From an uncultured bacterium (GTDB lineage: Bacteria; Babelota; Babeliae; Babelales; Vermiphilaceae): 64,000 bases of DNA. The position numbers and the translations under genes are program-made. The notes beneath the pieces were generated by a model. The model saw only the letters and a list, made by a program, of their open reading frames with translations, was not told the origin of the DNA and searched no databases. The stretch is from NCBI GenBank assembly GCA_963713925.1, contig OY970212.1:1024001-1088000 (forward strand), given 5' to 3'. Shown piece after piece: positions 48,409 to 59,523 of this stretch. How positions within the stretch are numbered: position 1 is the first letter of the stretch; each line of letters opens with the position of its first letter.

Positions 48409-50156
48409 TGACGATCCTGAATCTGCCGTACGGTGCCCGGAAAATAGTTAAGAACAAGATTAGTTAATTTCCATCGCTCTTTATCTGAAACATCAAGCGG
48501 TGTTCCCGCGATGTACGGAGTGCGAGCTGATTTGTTTGCATATGAGTTTTTTGTAAACGTCGGCTTAGGAGCTGCCTGAGGAGCTTGCATTGCGGGTTCG
48601 ACCGGTCGTTGCTCTACAGAAGTTGCCCGAATGGGAGCTTGCGGTTTTGCTTGCGTAGCAAGTGAAAACTGACATGAAATCGTTTTTGCTCGGGGGAAAA
48701 AATTCTTAATGATCGGCTCCCAGAGAGCGCGCGATTGATCAACATTTTCTGCAAACAACGCCAGACTTTGCCCAAAAGCAATCTCATAGTTTGAACTATC
48801 TGATGAATTTTGCGTGAATTCTGCTTGAGTAAAGAGTGATCTGATTATCGGATCAGGCAATTTGTTGATCTCATCAAGCGCCCGTTTCCATGCAACTGAA
48901 AGGGTTTCCTCTTCATCTTCTTCTTCACTGTCATCATCCTCATCTTCTTCTTGCTCATCATCAAGCAACAGAAGTCCTTCATCACTTGCCGGAACTGAAG
49001 CAGACGCTTGCTGCGGTGTCTGATTTCCGCCAATATTATTTTTATTTTTATTCTTTTGACACAACTGAAGAAGAATCATTTCAAAAAACGAATGCTGCGC
49101 TGTTGTTTTTACAAAAAGCGGCTCTTGCTGGTAAAAAAATTGTAATATGGCATACAACTTATTGGCATACGCATAATTGACAAGCGATGCAATATGCTTG
49201 TTTTCATTCAATACTTCAGACTGATCAACCCCAATAGCGCCCCACAAGCAATATTTGACAATATCCATAATGCGTCGCCAGAGAAATGAAGCGGAATATC
49301 GCTCAATTTTATAATCAGTCAATGTTTGCAGCAATACCTTTGCATCACCCTGCAACACGAGATGCACCAAATGAATCAATTGATCATCATCCATATGACC
49401 AAGCGCAAGACGCACCGATTGCGCCGTAACGATGCTTGCAGCAAAACGGACTTGCTCTAAAAGATTCAAAGCATCACGAACAGAGCCCTGCGATTCTTGT
49501 GCGATAAGCGCGAGACCGTCATGATCAAAACGAACATTTTCAGATTTGCACACATGCTCAAGATGACGTATTAATGTCTGAGAATCAACCGGCTTGAAAA
49601 GCACTTGAAATGATCGTGAACGCACGGTATCGATGATTTTATGCGCATCAGTTGTGGCTAAGATAAAATGAACACTCATTGGCGGTTCTTCTAAAATTTT
49701 TAAAAAGGCATTAAAAGCGGCCTTGCTGAGCATATGGGCTTCATCAATGAGATACACCTTTTTTTTGCCCAAAATTGGCATCAATGACGCCGCATCAATA
49801 ATCATGCGAACGTTATCAACCCCGGTGTGAGAAGCAGCATCAATTTCGATAAAATCAGGATGTCTGCCTTCAAGCATCGCCTTGCAGGAGTCACATGTAT
49901 TGCAAGGAATTGAAAGACCGCGAGGATTTTTTTGAAACTCAACCAGGCGATCACAATTGATTGCCGCGGCAAAAATACGTGCTAAAGATGTCTTACCACA
50001 ACCTCGTTGGCCTGAGAAAAGATACACAGGAAACAACTGGCTTAAATAAAGACTATTTTTCAAAACACGAACAGAAAGCTCTTGCCCCACAATTTGATCA
50101 AACGTTCGAGATCTCCACTTGCGAGCAAGATTTAAATGAGGCGCATGGATATTCAT
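48405..50156 (-). CDS. dnaX: DNA polymerase III gamma/tau
   Basis: LARKWRS, GQRGCGKTS, EIDAAS, IDEAHMLS, KILEEPP, GSVRDA. Confidence 0.96.
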   Translation of the reverse strand: MNIHAPHLNLARKWRSRTFDQIVGQELSVRVLKNSLYLSQLFPVYLFSGQRGCGKTSLARIFAAAINCDRLVEFQKNPRGLSIPCNTCDSCKAMLEGRHPDFIEIDAASHTGVDNVRMIIDAASLMPILGKKKVYLIDEAHMLSKAAFNAFLKILEEPPMSVHFILATTDAHKIIDTVRSRSFQVLFKPVDSQTLIRHLEHVCKSENVRFDHDGLALIAQESQGSVRDALNLLEQVRFAASIVTAQSVRLALGHMDDDQLIHLVHLVLQGDAKVLLQTLTDYKIERYSASFLWRRIMDIVKYCLWGAIGVDQSEVLNENKHIASLVNYAYANKLYAILQFFYQQEPLFVKTTAQHSFFEMILLQLCQKNKNKNNIGGNQTPQQASASVPASDEGLLLLDDEQEEDEDDDSEEEDEEETLSVAWKRALDEINKLPDPIIRSLFTQAEFTQNSSDSSNYEIAFGQSLALFAENVDQSRALWEPIIKNFFPRAKTISCQFSLATQAKPQAPIRATSVEQRPVEPAMQAPQAAPKPTFTKNSYANKSARTPYIAGTPLDVSDKERWKLTNLVLNYFPGTVRQIQDRQ

Positions 50157-50312
50157 AAGAAACACTCAACCAAATGCGGTGAACAACTACGGAGTCGCGC
50201 ACTATAATCAAAAACTATTATCAATACAATACCCTACTACGCCAAAGGCTTCGAAGGGCTTCCATTTCGCATTTCATTCTTTAAAAAGGCCTGACTATTT
50301 TGCGAAATAGAA

Positions 50313-50397
50313 GGGGAGGCACATACAAGAATGTGTTACTTTTGCTGCTTCCTTTCGGACCTGACAAGGTAAATAAACATTCCTTACATACCTCCCC
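50313..50397 (-). ncRNA. ffs: Small SRP RNA (4.5S)
   Basis: Long hairpin GGGGAGG...CCTCCCC with TCAGGTCCGAAAGGAAGCAGC; upstream of dnaX. Confidence 0.93.
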
Positions 50398-50564
50398 AAA
50401 TTTAAAATCTAGCCATTATTTTATTGGCCGGCCTGCCTGTCCGCAGTCGCTTATCCACGTCTTACGACTTGGCAAGCTATGGCGCGACAGCCTACACTTG
50501 TTCTATAAAATTTCAAATGTTCTGCCTTAAGACTGGCCCGCCCAGCCGTAGCCTTGGCGGAGGC

Positions 50565-50656
50565 TGGCGGAGAGAGAGGGATTCGAACCCTCGATGCCCT
50601 TTTCAGGACATACACGATTTCCAATCGTGCTCTTTCGACCACTCAGACACCTCTCC
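50565..50656 (-). tRNA. tRNA-Ser(GGA)
   Basis: GGAGAGG...CACGA TT GGA AA TCGTG, long variable arm, GTTCGAATC, CCGCCA end. Confidence 0.97.
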
Positions 50657-50788
50657 GTACACCCAATTTATGCTTCCGCCGTCGCCCGTCGGCTATGGCG
50701 AGATAGGCGCTCAAATTGGGACCCGGGAAAAACCCCAAGTCCAATTTTCTTGGGGTTTCATATATTTCAATATAACTCAAAGCAGGAT

Positions 50789-51652
50789 TTACGCGCGCTT
50801 TGGCCCACGGCGATCATCAGATCCACCAGTTGTACGACGCGGACGACGAGCAGGCGTTGAACGGCCACCACTTGACCTTCTCTTGCGACCTTCTTCCTCT
50901 TCTTGAAGAGCAAGTCTGATTTGGTCAGGAGATTGTTCTGCTGCTGTCTCTTCTTGCTTTTCAACAGTTTTTGCATTGGCCGCGCCACGAGCTGCAAACT
51001 CTGACAAGTATTCAAGAATCGTTTTAATAGAACGAGGAGAATCATCATTGCCAGGGATTACATAGTTAACGCCTGATGGGTCATTGTTGGTATCAACAAG
51101 CGCCACCACCGGCAAGCCCATGCGAACAGCTTCTTTAAGAGCTGAATGTTCTTTGCGAACATCGATGATAACAATAGCGCCGATAGGCCATGATAAATTG
51201 GTAATACCACCAATATTATCTTGTAAACGTTTTACTGATTTTTGAATAATATTAAGTTCTTTTTTGGTATAATTCGGAAATTTATCTGAACGATCCAAAA
51301 CATCTTGGAAATGAAGAAGCTTAGTTACTGATTTTTTAACTTGGCTGAAGTTGCTAAGCGTACCACCAATCCAACGATGGCTCACAAAAGGCATCTTCAA
51401 TGTCGCTGCAACATCTTTAATTGATTGTTGCGCCGGCTTTTTTGTTCCAACCCAAAGAATTGCCTTGCCTTCACTGGCAACGTTTTCTAAAAATTGAGCT
51501 GCTTTTTCAAGCTGAATAGCCGCCTTTGAAACGTCAATCAAATGGACCCCATTTTTATGACCCCAGATATAGGGCTTCATTTTAGGTGACCAGCGAGAAG
51601 TTTGGTGGCCAAAATGCACACCGGCAGTAATTAATTTACGAAAATCGATCAT
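50789..51652 (-). CDS. rpsB: 30S ribosomal protein S2
   Basis: AGVHFGH, RWIGGTLSN, IPGNDDS. Confidence 0.98.
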   Translation of the reverse strand: MIDFRKLITAGVHFGHQTSRWSPKMKPYIWGHKNGVHLIDVSKAAIQLEKAAQFLENVASEGKAILWVGTKKPAQQSIKDVAATLKMPFVSHRWIGGTLSNFSQVKKSVTKLLHFQDVLDRSDKFPNYTKKELNIIQKSVKRLQDNIGGITNLSWPIGAIVIIDVRKEHSALKEAVRMGLPVVALVDTNNDPSGVNYVIPGNDDSPRSIKTILEYLSEFAARGAANAKTVEKQEETAAEQSPDQIRLALQEEEEGRKRRSSGGRSTPARRPRRTTGGSDDRRGPKRA

Positions 51653-51661
51653 ATAAAATCC

Positions 51662-51714
51662 TTAAAGGGGTTATACCTGTTGCCTTCTAGGTATCTGAGC
51701 GATACCACCCCTTA
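51662..51714 (-). promoter_or_regulatory. Structured rpsB leader (possible S2 autoregulation)
   Basis: AAGGGGT...ACCCCTT stem ending next to the Shine-Dalgarno. Confidence 0.4.
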
Positions 51715-51912
51715 ATAAGAAGACAAGCTAAAAAACAATTAACACTCCACAATGTTGAAATTTTACCAAATAGGCCTTAAATTGCAATCTTTTAACAAAA
51801 TGTACAAAACAAATTTTGTTAAAAGATTGTCCGCCATAGTTTAACACATACTGAGGCTTGACTTCGAAGTAAGAACGACGGCTGGACTATCGCATTAGCA
51901 CGATCGAATGTT

Positions 51913-53367
51913 CTATTCTTGCTCAAGACCAATTACCTCATTACGAGCAACCGCCTTTTCAAAGCGATTCCCTAAAAAGTAGGCTATAACGACCCAAACG
52001 CCAATAATAACGGCAAACAAACCTGATTGGACTGCCACGAAAAGCGATGCCCCAAGGCCCTCTGTGACTGTGTTAAACAGCGAACCCCCTGCCTTGGCAA
52101 ATTTTGACCCAAAGGCATCTATCCATGATTTCGTTTTAAACTTGATTTCCTTGACCGTAAGAATATACAAGCTTTCTCGAACCGGATAACTCAATCCATA
52201 GTGAATACCTCGCACCCCAACAAAAAAGAGCGTGAAAGCTAATTGAGTATTGTATATTCTGAAAATGCCATATAAGCAGGCCATAGAAATCGGAACAAGC
52301 AACAAGCATGCCTTTTCGCCCCAACGGTTTAACAATGTTGATGTTCCAAAGAGCGATATAATGAGCCCGACTGCGTGAGTAAAGAAAATGAAACTGAATA
52401 AAGATGCACTGAATTCTGAAAGGTTTGTTGCACCTTCTTTTGCGATTACGATGCGTTGGTAATTCAATATTGTTTGCATGACTTCATAAAATAATACGAT
52501 GGCAAAAATACCAAACGCATAGGGATATTTAATAAGCATTGCCAGTCCGGAAAACAAACCGGTTGATGCACTTTCATCTTTTTCTCGTTGTTTGTCGGCT
52601 CTATAAACCGCTTTATATCCCTGCAACTCGGTTTCAGAAACTTTTTTCGTTAAAATCCATATGATAAGGGGAACAAAGAGCAACAATGCCGATGAAGCCC
52701 CCAGCAAAATCTGATGCTTGAGTGTATGCGAATTCACATATGAAAGCGGATCAGTGTAACTGAGCAGGAGCCATGCGAGCCCGGCACTTGCCATACCGCC
52801 TACTTTGGAGCCGGCCACCATGATCCCATAACTTCTTTTAGCGGCTTGCGGACTATTGATTGAGTTTGAAAATGCCCAAAAGACACTCACGATAAAGGGA
52901 GAATAGCCCTCGATAAACAAATAAAAAAACCACCCAAACAAACGATAGGGGCTTGAATCGGTATTTGGAATCCCGATTACCGAATGCCCCAAAAAAATTG
53001 AAAAAATAATTCCAAGAGTCCCAAAGGCAAAGGTATAGAGCATCAATAATTGATAACGATGAAGTGAATCAACAAATCGAGAATAGAGCATGACTGCCGG
53101 GATCAAAAGAACAATAGCGACCATTTTGGCATACGCAATATATTCTTTCCCGACAATTGCCACAAACATTGCATCTTTGAGCTCTTTTGCAATGGTGTAT
53201 CCTGCAATAATGCAAAAAAAGGAAGCCGTTAAAAGAAATACCTTCGTTCGCTCAGACTTACTGTCGGGTAAAAATGAATCAAAATATTGTTTAATTCGAT
53301 ACATATATCCCTTTGTAGCACTTATCATTGCATCCCTCATGTTCACAAAACCTTTCAACTGCCGCAC
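51913..53367 (-). CDS. NTT/Tlc family nucleotide (ATP/ADP) translocase (start uncertain)
   Basis: KELKDAMF, VFWAFSNSI, AKRSYG, RESLYI...KFKTKSWIDAFGSKFAK. Confidence 0.9.
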   Translation of the reverse strand: MRQLKGFVNMRDAMISATKGYMYRIKQYFDSFLPDSKSERTKVFLLTASFFCIIAGYTIAKELKDAMFVAIVGKEYIAYAKMVAIVLLIPAVMLYSRFVDSLHRYQLLMLYTFAFGTLGIIFSIFLGHSVIGIPNTDSSPYRLFGWFFYLFIEGYSPFIVSVFWAFSNSINSPQAAKRSYGIMVAGSKVGGMASAGLAWLLLSYTDPLSYVNSHTLKHQILLGASSALLLFVPLIIWILTKKVSETELQGYKAVYRADKQREKDESASTGLFSGLAMLIKYPYAFGIFAIVLFYEVMQTILNYQRIVIAKEGATNLSEFSASLFSFIFFTHAVGLIISLFGTSTLLNRWGEKACLLLVPISMACLYGIFRIYNTQLAFTLFFVGVRGIHYGLSYPVRESLYILTVKEIKFKTKSWIDAFGSKFAKAGGSLFNTVTEGLGASLFVAVQSGLFAVIIGVWVVIAYFLGNRFEKAVARNEVIGLEQE

Positions 53368-53377
53368 GCACTATTAT

Positions 53378-54760
53378 TTAGCACACTATTTCTTTATTTG
53401 CCACCGCACCGGTATACCGCCTGCCCAAATAAAGGGCCATAAGAAACCAGCTGATTATAAGAATTGATGAAAAACCAACACTCAAATTCACATATAATTC
53501 AAACGCAAGATGGGGGCCAAACATCCATGCAAGTGGACTTTGGATAAAAGCAAAACCGGACCCAATTGTTTTTGATGCTCGAGAACCAAATGTATCGATC
53601 CAAGCCTGAGAAAGATATTTCACCTCGGTACTGGTCGGCACGTACAACTGTTTAACTGATGGTGAATTAATCGCGTAGGCGAGAGCCTTAACGCCGATCA
53701 TGACCCAAAATAAAACTTGAACTTTTGGATAGAAGAAGAAAAGACCAAGCGCTACTGCAACAACAAATGGCATTACCAAAATAGAGAAGCGAATCCCGAG
53801 CCTTCTTTGCACGTTATTTACGCCGAAAATCAATATAACCGCCGATACCAAATTAACGAGCGTCGCATAGGAGCCTAAATAAACCGTGCATGCTGAATCG
53901 GTGCAAGTCAATCGCTGTGCCATGTTCTTGAAATTATAATCAATCAACGTGGTAACTGTTTCATACGCCGCGACAATCGAAAGAATTCCAAGCAAATATC
54001 CACTTGAGAAAAAGAGACGCAATCCACCCGCGAATCCGGCATTTTTCAACGGTTGCTTTCGTTCAGCGATCTGCGCGGGCCGATAACCAACCAATTGTGA
54101 TTTAGGAACGGTCTTTTCAAAAAGCCATAAAAAGAAAAGAACTCCCGAAAACACTATCCCGGAAGCCAAAACAACGTATGCCGTCGAACCGAACCAATGT
54201 TCAGCCGCCAATGGAGTTAATAAGGCGGGTCCGAAAACGCTGATCGATTGAGCTATCATAACCGAGAAAGGAAACCCTCTGCGAGCGGAATCGGGGTCAG
54301 TTGTATCTGTGGCAAACGCCCAAAACAAAGCCGGAACAAATGAGCCATAACTCTCGACAAATGCATACCACGCCCACCCAAGCCAACGAGTCAAAGCAAC
54401 CTCTCTATTGGCAAGACCCCATGAAGGATCTAGTAAAAGCATTCCAAAAAGAAGGGTTCCGACGATATAAGCACCGGAAACGATAAACAATAATTTATTA
54501 CGTGAATATTTCTCTACAATTTTGGTGTAGAGCAAGATAAGTGGAAAAAGACACCAGAGGGAAAGAAGTTTTGCCGAATTGAGGTATTCACCGCCAATCA
54601 TGGTCATGAAAACCGAATCTTTTGTAACGCGAAGCGTCCAATAGATGCCTATGATAAAACCATAGATGACCCCTAAAAGAACAAATTTTTTTAATTCATC
54701 CCTGGAGAAATGGCCAAACCAGGCCTGAGCCACCGAAATCAACCTTGAAGCAAACGTCAT
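53378..54760 (-). CDS. NTT/Tlc family nucleotide translocase
   Basis: ELKKF, LRVTKDSVF, LFWAFA, KQLYVPT..EVKY..QAWIDTFGSR. Confidence 0.9.
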   Translation of the reverse strand: MTFASRLISVAQAWFGHFSRDELKKFVLLGVIYGFIIGIYWTLRVTKDSVFMTMIGGEYLNSAKLLSLWCLFPLILLYTKIVEKYSRNKLLFIVSGAYIVGTLLFGMLLLDPSWGLANREVALTRWLGWAWYAFVESYGSFVPALFWAFATDTTDPDSARRGFPFSVMIAQSISVFGPALLTPLAAEHWFGSTAYVVLASGIVFSGVLFFLWLFEKTVPKSQLVGYRPAQIAERKQPLKNAGFAGGLRLFFSSGYLLGILSIVAAYETVTTLIDYNFKNMAQRLTCTDSACTVYLGSYATLVNLVSAVILIFGVNNVQRRLGIRFSILVMPFVVAVALGLFFFYPKVQVLFWVMIGVKALAYAINSPSVKQLYVPTSTEVKYLSQAWIDTFGSRASKTIGSGFAFIQSPLAWMFGPHLAFELYVNLSVGFSSILIISWFLMALYLGRRYTGAVANKEIVC

Positions 54761-54905
54761 GAGCACCCTTACCGCGACACCACTGTGTTACAACCGTTGT
54801 CTTTATATTACGATTTTTACAAAAAATTATCAAAAGATTATTCATTTGTAAAAAGTTGTTTTAAAGAAATGGAAGTATGACTAGGGCACTCATTTCAATA
54901 TGAAA

Positions 54906-55481
54906 CTATGATCTTTGATAATTCAAATAGCCCAAAAAGATGTCTATATTTGAAATCGAGCGATTAACAAGATCTTTGAACGAGCCCCGGTGCAGCTCCA
55001 ATTTCGGACTTATTACATCCAGAAGAAACCGCTCTATGGCAAGGATGCTATTTACTCCTATTTTTTTCAGAATCTTTTCGAATTCTTTCGGGTTTTCTTC
55101 AATCTCAAATAGCTTGTCGAACAATCCAACATACAAAAGAGCCATTGCCTTCAATGCGGAATAGGCATACCCGACCCGATCTGCCTCATTTTTGCTCTTA
55201 AACTGACCAGCGCGATCAAACAATTTGTTATATCCATCCAGAGACTTAAACTTATCCGAAAGTTTTATAAGGCCATCGACTCCTACTTTCTCTGCTGCGG
55301 TTTTAAACTCCGGAGAATTAAATTCATTTAAAAAAAAATCCAATTTATCAGGTATATAAGTAAGCTGGTTATTCTGCGCAAAAGGATCAAAAAACTTTGA
55401 CAACTCTTGAACACCCTCTCCTGAATACATGACATGCACACTCACGAGCAGTAATCCCGCAAACAAGATCCTATTTTTCAT
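54906..55481 (-). CDS. Hypothetical secreted protein
   Basis: Signal peptide, helical body. Confidence 0.65.
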   Translation of the reverse strand: MKNRILFAGLLLVSVHVMYSGEGVQELSKFFDPFAQNNQLTYIPDKLDFFLNEFNSPEFKTAAEKVGVDGLIKLSDKFKSLDGYNKLFDRAGQFKSKNEADRVGYAYSALKAMALLYVGLFDKLFEIEENPKEFEKILKKIGVNSILAIERFLLDVISPKLELHRGSFKDLVNRSISNIDIFLGYLNYQRS

Positions 55482-55639
55482 GGACAAGCCCCTTCATTAG
55501 AAAGATTAATTCGCCTCATCCCAATACTATCAAATATGTTTTCAGATTGTAAATATACACACAAAAGACACCCATTGATTTTTTATATTTTTAATTATAA
55601 AATAATAATATATTCGTGCGCAAAATGGAGGATTCTCGC

Positions 55640-56269
55640 GTGAAATTTTTAAAAACAATATCGCTTGTTCTATGCAGTCTTGCTATTACACAAACCTGTA
55701 ATCTCACTGCTATTGCCAAGTATAAGGCCCTGCAGCTCAAAGAGTTAAAGAATACATCTCAACCGACTACTGGATCATATATTTCATTTGCATTCAAACA
55801 ATTTACCAAGGCAGATTGCCATAAGTATTTAGGCCGAAATACCATTCTTTCAAAAGGCATCCAGCCAGTACAAATCCAATTTACCAACAACTCTGAGTAT
55901 TCCTATATCCTTTCAGCAGACAGCTTTAGCTTCCCTTGCATCCCTTATCAAGAAGTTGCTGAGTGCGTGTCTTTCAATACAGCTAAACGACTAACGCTCT
56001 GGGGAATCGGCACCCTTTTTATTTGGCCTCTAGTTATACCATTTGTCATAGAAGCCATTGAATCGCCAAAAGCTAATGAACGTCTTGAGACTGATTTTCA
56101 AAACAAAAGCCTTGATTTCACCGTTGTCGGCCCCCATCAAACAGTCAATAAACTGGTTTTTGTTGAAAAGAGTGAATTTTCAGAGCATTTCTCCTTTTCA
56201 GTTGTGAATATGAAAAATAATGAGAAACTCGCCGTTTCGACCATTAGTCCGCTGATAAAACTTAACTAA
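55640..56269 (+). CDS. Hypothetical exported/membrane protein
   Basis: GGAGG Shine-Dalgarno before GTG, signal peptide, one internal TM. Confidence 0.7.
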   Translation: MKFLKTISLVLCSLAITQTCNLTAIAKYKALQLKELKNTSQPTTGSYISFAFKQFTKADCHKYLGRNTILSKGIQPVQIQFTNNSEYSYILSADSFSFPCIPYQEVAECVSFNTAKRLTLWGIGTLFIWPLVIPFVIEAIESPKANERLETDFQNKSLDFTVVGPHQTVNKLVFVEKSEFSEHFSFSVVNMKNNEKLAVSTISPLIKLN

Positions 56270-56560
56270 AGATTAACCACCATAGATATCAGTAACGACG
56301 GCTCGAGGTTATCTCGAGCCGTTTTATTATGCACAAGCTTATTACATGCACTGGGGACCTGTTTTATTCTTACCCAAATGTTCTACATTTGGGGCCCATT
56401 ATTTTTTACCCAAACTTTGCTTTGCTCCGTTTGGGGCCCATTATTTGGCAAAAATCAATTTATGAAATAAAATAGAGAGCGAAATATCCCATACAATTAA
56501 GAAATTAAAATGAATTTTATATTCCCATACAAAGTATGGGCCCTATTTGGAGCGTGAATC

Positions 56561-59008
56561 ATGGCAAAATTGAAAGAAGAAATACAAAATATTGAGCACA
56601 TCAGCTCTGAGCAGACCACCCTTGATTTCTTACCGTTACTTCCGCTCAAAAACGTCATCATATTACCCAAAAGCATTCTTCCTATCATCGTAGGTCGGCC
56701 GTCTTCTATAGAGTCTGTTGAATTCGCGCTTAAAAACCATACACAGCTCTTTATTACCTCCCAAAAAGACGAGAAAGTTGAAACGCCTGCTCTTGGTGAC
56801 CTTTTTATGACCGGCACCCGCGCGTCTATTTTACAAGTTATGCGTATGCCGAACGGTTCTTTGAAAATATTAGCCGAAGGGCTATGCCGGGCTCGCGTTA
56901 TCAGCCAAGAACCAGAAATTACTAACTTCATCGCGGTCAAAGCTGAAGATATCCCGTCTACTCAGACAGACAATATGATTGAACTTGAGGCTATTTGGCG
57001 TCAATTGAAGGCATTATACGCAACCTATACTCAATTAAACGAAAAAGCCCCGGCGGATATTACTGCAAACGTAAAAACGGCTCAAGAAATGGACTTCTGT
57101 GCCGATACAATCGCCGTACATCTCAACCTCACCTTTGCAGAACGCCAAGCGCTTCTTGAAGAAGCGAGCCTTCCGGAGCGCATGTTTACCATTTTGAGTG
57201 CACTCAAAAAAGATATTGATATTCTACAAACAGAACAAAGGATCAAAGGCCGCGTACAAACCCAGGTTGAACAAAGCCAACGAGAATATTACCTCACCGA
57301 GCAAATGAAAGCCATTCAAAAAGAACTTGGTCGTGAAGACCATTCTGTTGAGGTGATCAATATACGTTCAAAAATAAAACAATTAGGCTTGTCTGCTGAA
57401 GCTCAAGAAAAAGTTGAAAAAGAACTTAAGCGCTTAGAACAGATGCCCCCACTTTCTTCTGAAGCGGTTGTAAGTAGAAACTACATTGACTGGGTTATCT
57501 CTTTACCTTGGAAAAAAACAAGCAAAGATACCATCAGCCTTGTCCAAGCGGAAAAAATTCTCAATCAAAAACATGCTGGTCTCCATAGAGCAAAAGAACG
57601 CATTATTGAGTTTCTTGCCGCTAAAAAATTCTCGAAAAAGTTAAGCAAATCCCCAATTGTCTGCCTTGTCGGGCCTCCGGGAGTGGGTAAAACCTCCCTC
57701 GGACAATCGATTGCCGATGCTTTGGGCAGAGAATTTGTTCGTATTTCGTTGGGCGGCATTAAAGACGAAGCTGAAATTAGAGGGCATCGACGAACCTATA
57801 TCGGTGCGTTGCCGGGTAAAATTATCCAGGCAATGAAGAAAGCAAACACCTTAAATCCGGTGATTCTTCTTGATGAAATTGATAAAATGAGCCGCGATTT
57901 TCATGGCGACCCGTCAGCAGCTCTTCTTGAGGTGCTTGACCCGGAACAAAATAAATCATTTGTAGATCATTTTCTTGATATAGAATATGATTTGTCGCAA
58001 GTCATGTTTATTGCAACAGCAAACATGTTGGATGGTATTCCATATCCACTGTTTGACCGTATGGATATTATTAATTTATCCGGATACACCGAAGATGAAA
58101 AAGTGGCGATTGCACAAGAATTTCTGATTGATAAAAATCTGAAAGAATATAATCTATCTTCAGCTCAATTTAAGATAAGCGAATCTATTTTACGCCTTAT
58201 TATTAATCAATACACCAAAGAAGCCGGCGTGCGCCAATTAGAGCGATTAATTGCAAAATTGATGCGTAAAGCAATACAGGTGTTGTTGAAAGATAAAAAA
58301 GCACGTTCAATAACTATAACTGAAGAACGCGTGAAAGAATGGCTCGGATATCCAAAATACAGAAAGACCTCGTTAAGCGAAAGCGCTAAAAAGATCGGAT
58401 TGGTAACCGGGCTTGCCTGGACCGAATTTGGTGGAGATGTGCTCGAGATAGAAACGAGTATTCTCTCTGGAAAAGGTGGAATGACTCTCACCGGGCAACT
58501 GGGAGATGTTATGCAGGAATCTGCGCAAGCAGCTTTGAGTTATACCCGATCTCGGGCTAAGGAACTTGACCTGAATTCTTCTTTTTATACCAATAAAGAT
58601 ATTCACGTTCATATTCCGGAAGGCGCAACCCCAAAAGACGGCCCTTCTGCAGGAATTGCACTCTGCACAGCACTTATTTCAGCCCTCACCAAAATACCTA
58701 CCCTCAATGCATTGGCAATGACGGGGGAAATTACCCTTCAGGGAAGAGTTCTTTCGATTGGTGGACTGAAGGAAAAGCTATTGGCTGCAAAACAACATGG
58801 CATGAAAAAGGTTATTATTCCTCAGGATAACCAGGACGATCTTGAAGAGATTAGGAAGGAAATTGATCTTGGTGACCTGGAAATCCATCTTGTTTCAAAT
58901 ATGGATCAGGTACTGAAGCTTGCTTTTGAAAAGTCGCCCCTGGAATTGGCGGCCCAAAAGGCAAAAAAAGAGTCAAAAAAGAAAAACAACATCAAAAAGA
59001 ATGAATAA
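56561..59008 (+). CDS. lon: ATP-dependent Lon protease
   Basis: [30 protein letters not shown]. Confidence 0.98.
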   Translation: MAKLKEEIQNIEHISSEQTTLDFLPLLPLKNVIILPKSILPIIVGRPSSIESVEFALKNHTQLFITSQKDEKVETPALGDLFMTGTRASILQVMRMPNGSLKILAEGLCRARVISQEPEITNFIAVKAEDIPSTQTDNMIELEAIWRQLKALYATYTQLNEKAPADITANVKTAQEMDFCADTIAVHLNLTFAERQALLEEASLPERMFTILSALKKDIDILQTEQRIKGRVQTQVEQSQREYYLTEQMKAIQKELGREDHSVEVINIRSKIKQLGLSAEAQEKVEKELKRLEQMPPLSSEAVVSRNYIDWVISLPWKKTSKDTISLVQAEKILNQKHAGLHRAKERIIEFLAAKKFSKKLSKSPIVCLVGPPGVGKTSLGQSIADALGREFVRISLGGIKDEAEIRGHRRTYIGALPGKIIQAMKKANTLNPVILLDEIDKMSRDFHGDPSAALLEVLDPEQNKSFVDHFLDIEYDLSQVMFIATANMLDGIPYPLFDRMDIINLSGYTEDEKVAIAQEFLIDKNLKEYNLSSAQFKISESILRLIINQYTKEAGVRQLERLIAKLMRKAIQVLLKDKKARSITITEERVKEWLGYPKYRKTSLSESAKKIGLVTGLAWTEFGGDVLEIETSILSGKGGMTLTGQLGDVMQESAQAALSYTRSRAKELDLNSSFYTNKDIHVHIPEGATPKDGPSAGIALCTALISALTKIPTLNALAMTGEITLQGRVLSIGGLKEKLLAAKQHGMKKVIIPQDNQDDLEEIRKEIDLGDLEIHLVSNMDQVLKLAFEKSPLELAAQKAKKESKKKNNIKKNE

Positions 59009-59039
59009 TCACTACTATTTTACCTCTAAGGATGTACGT

Positions 59040-59222
59040 ATGAGTATCCGATCACTGTTAACACTTTCTCTTGTTGCCGTACTCTCATTTGCAGGTTGCG
59101 GTAACCGTAAAAAGTGCTGCCCTGCTGAAGCTCCTTCAGCTATACAGCAAGAACTCAATGAGTTTATTGAAATGGATGAAGCTCAAGAGATTATTACTGC
59201 CGAAAATGCAGGAAAATTTTAG
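59040..59222 (+). CDS. Small lipoprotein with CC motif
   Basis: AAGGA Shine-Dalgarno, lipobox FAGC, then GNRKKCCP. Confidence 0.7.
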   Translation: MSIRSLLTLSLVAVLSFAGCGNRKKCCPAEAPSAIQQELNEFIEMDEAQEIITAENAGKF

Positions 59223-59523
59223 GATAAAAAGATTTCCGTTCTCCCGGTTTTCTCAGGGATAGGTTGAAATATTCAACCTATCCTCTTTTTTTAATATTTT
59301 ACCGGGAATCGCCCTTCTTGGCAAAGAGAAGTACTTACGACGGTATATTTTACCGAGACCCCTTTTTATGAAAAAAGCCCTTATCTACGCATTTTTTTAT
59401 TAATAATTTGATTCAAATAGAAAAATTTATTCAAAATCCTTGAATTTGAAAATGCTCCTTAAGTATGCTGTTACTAGAAGTTGTATGAGAGTAAAACTAA
59501 ATAACCTTATTTAAGGAGATGTT

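Noticed and set aside
48920..48965. Acidic low-complexity run in dnaX as a possible insertion
   Set aside because: It is in frame and typical of the disordered tau linker.
50300..50906. ORFs 50300-50530, 50424-50906, 50451-50642 and 50594-50860
   Set aside because: They overlap SRP RNA, tRNA-Ser and REP sequences; translation artefacts.
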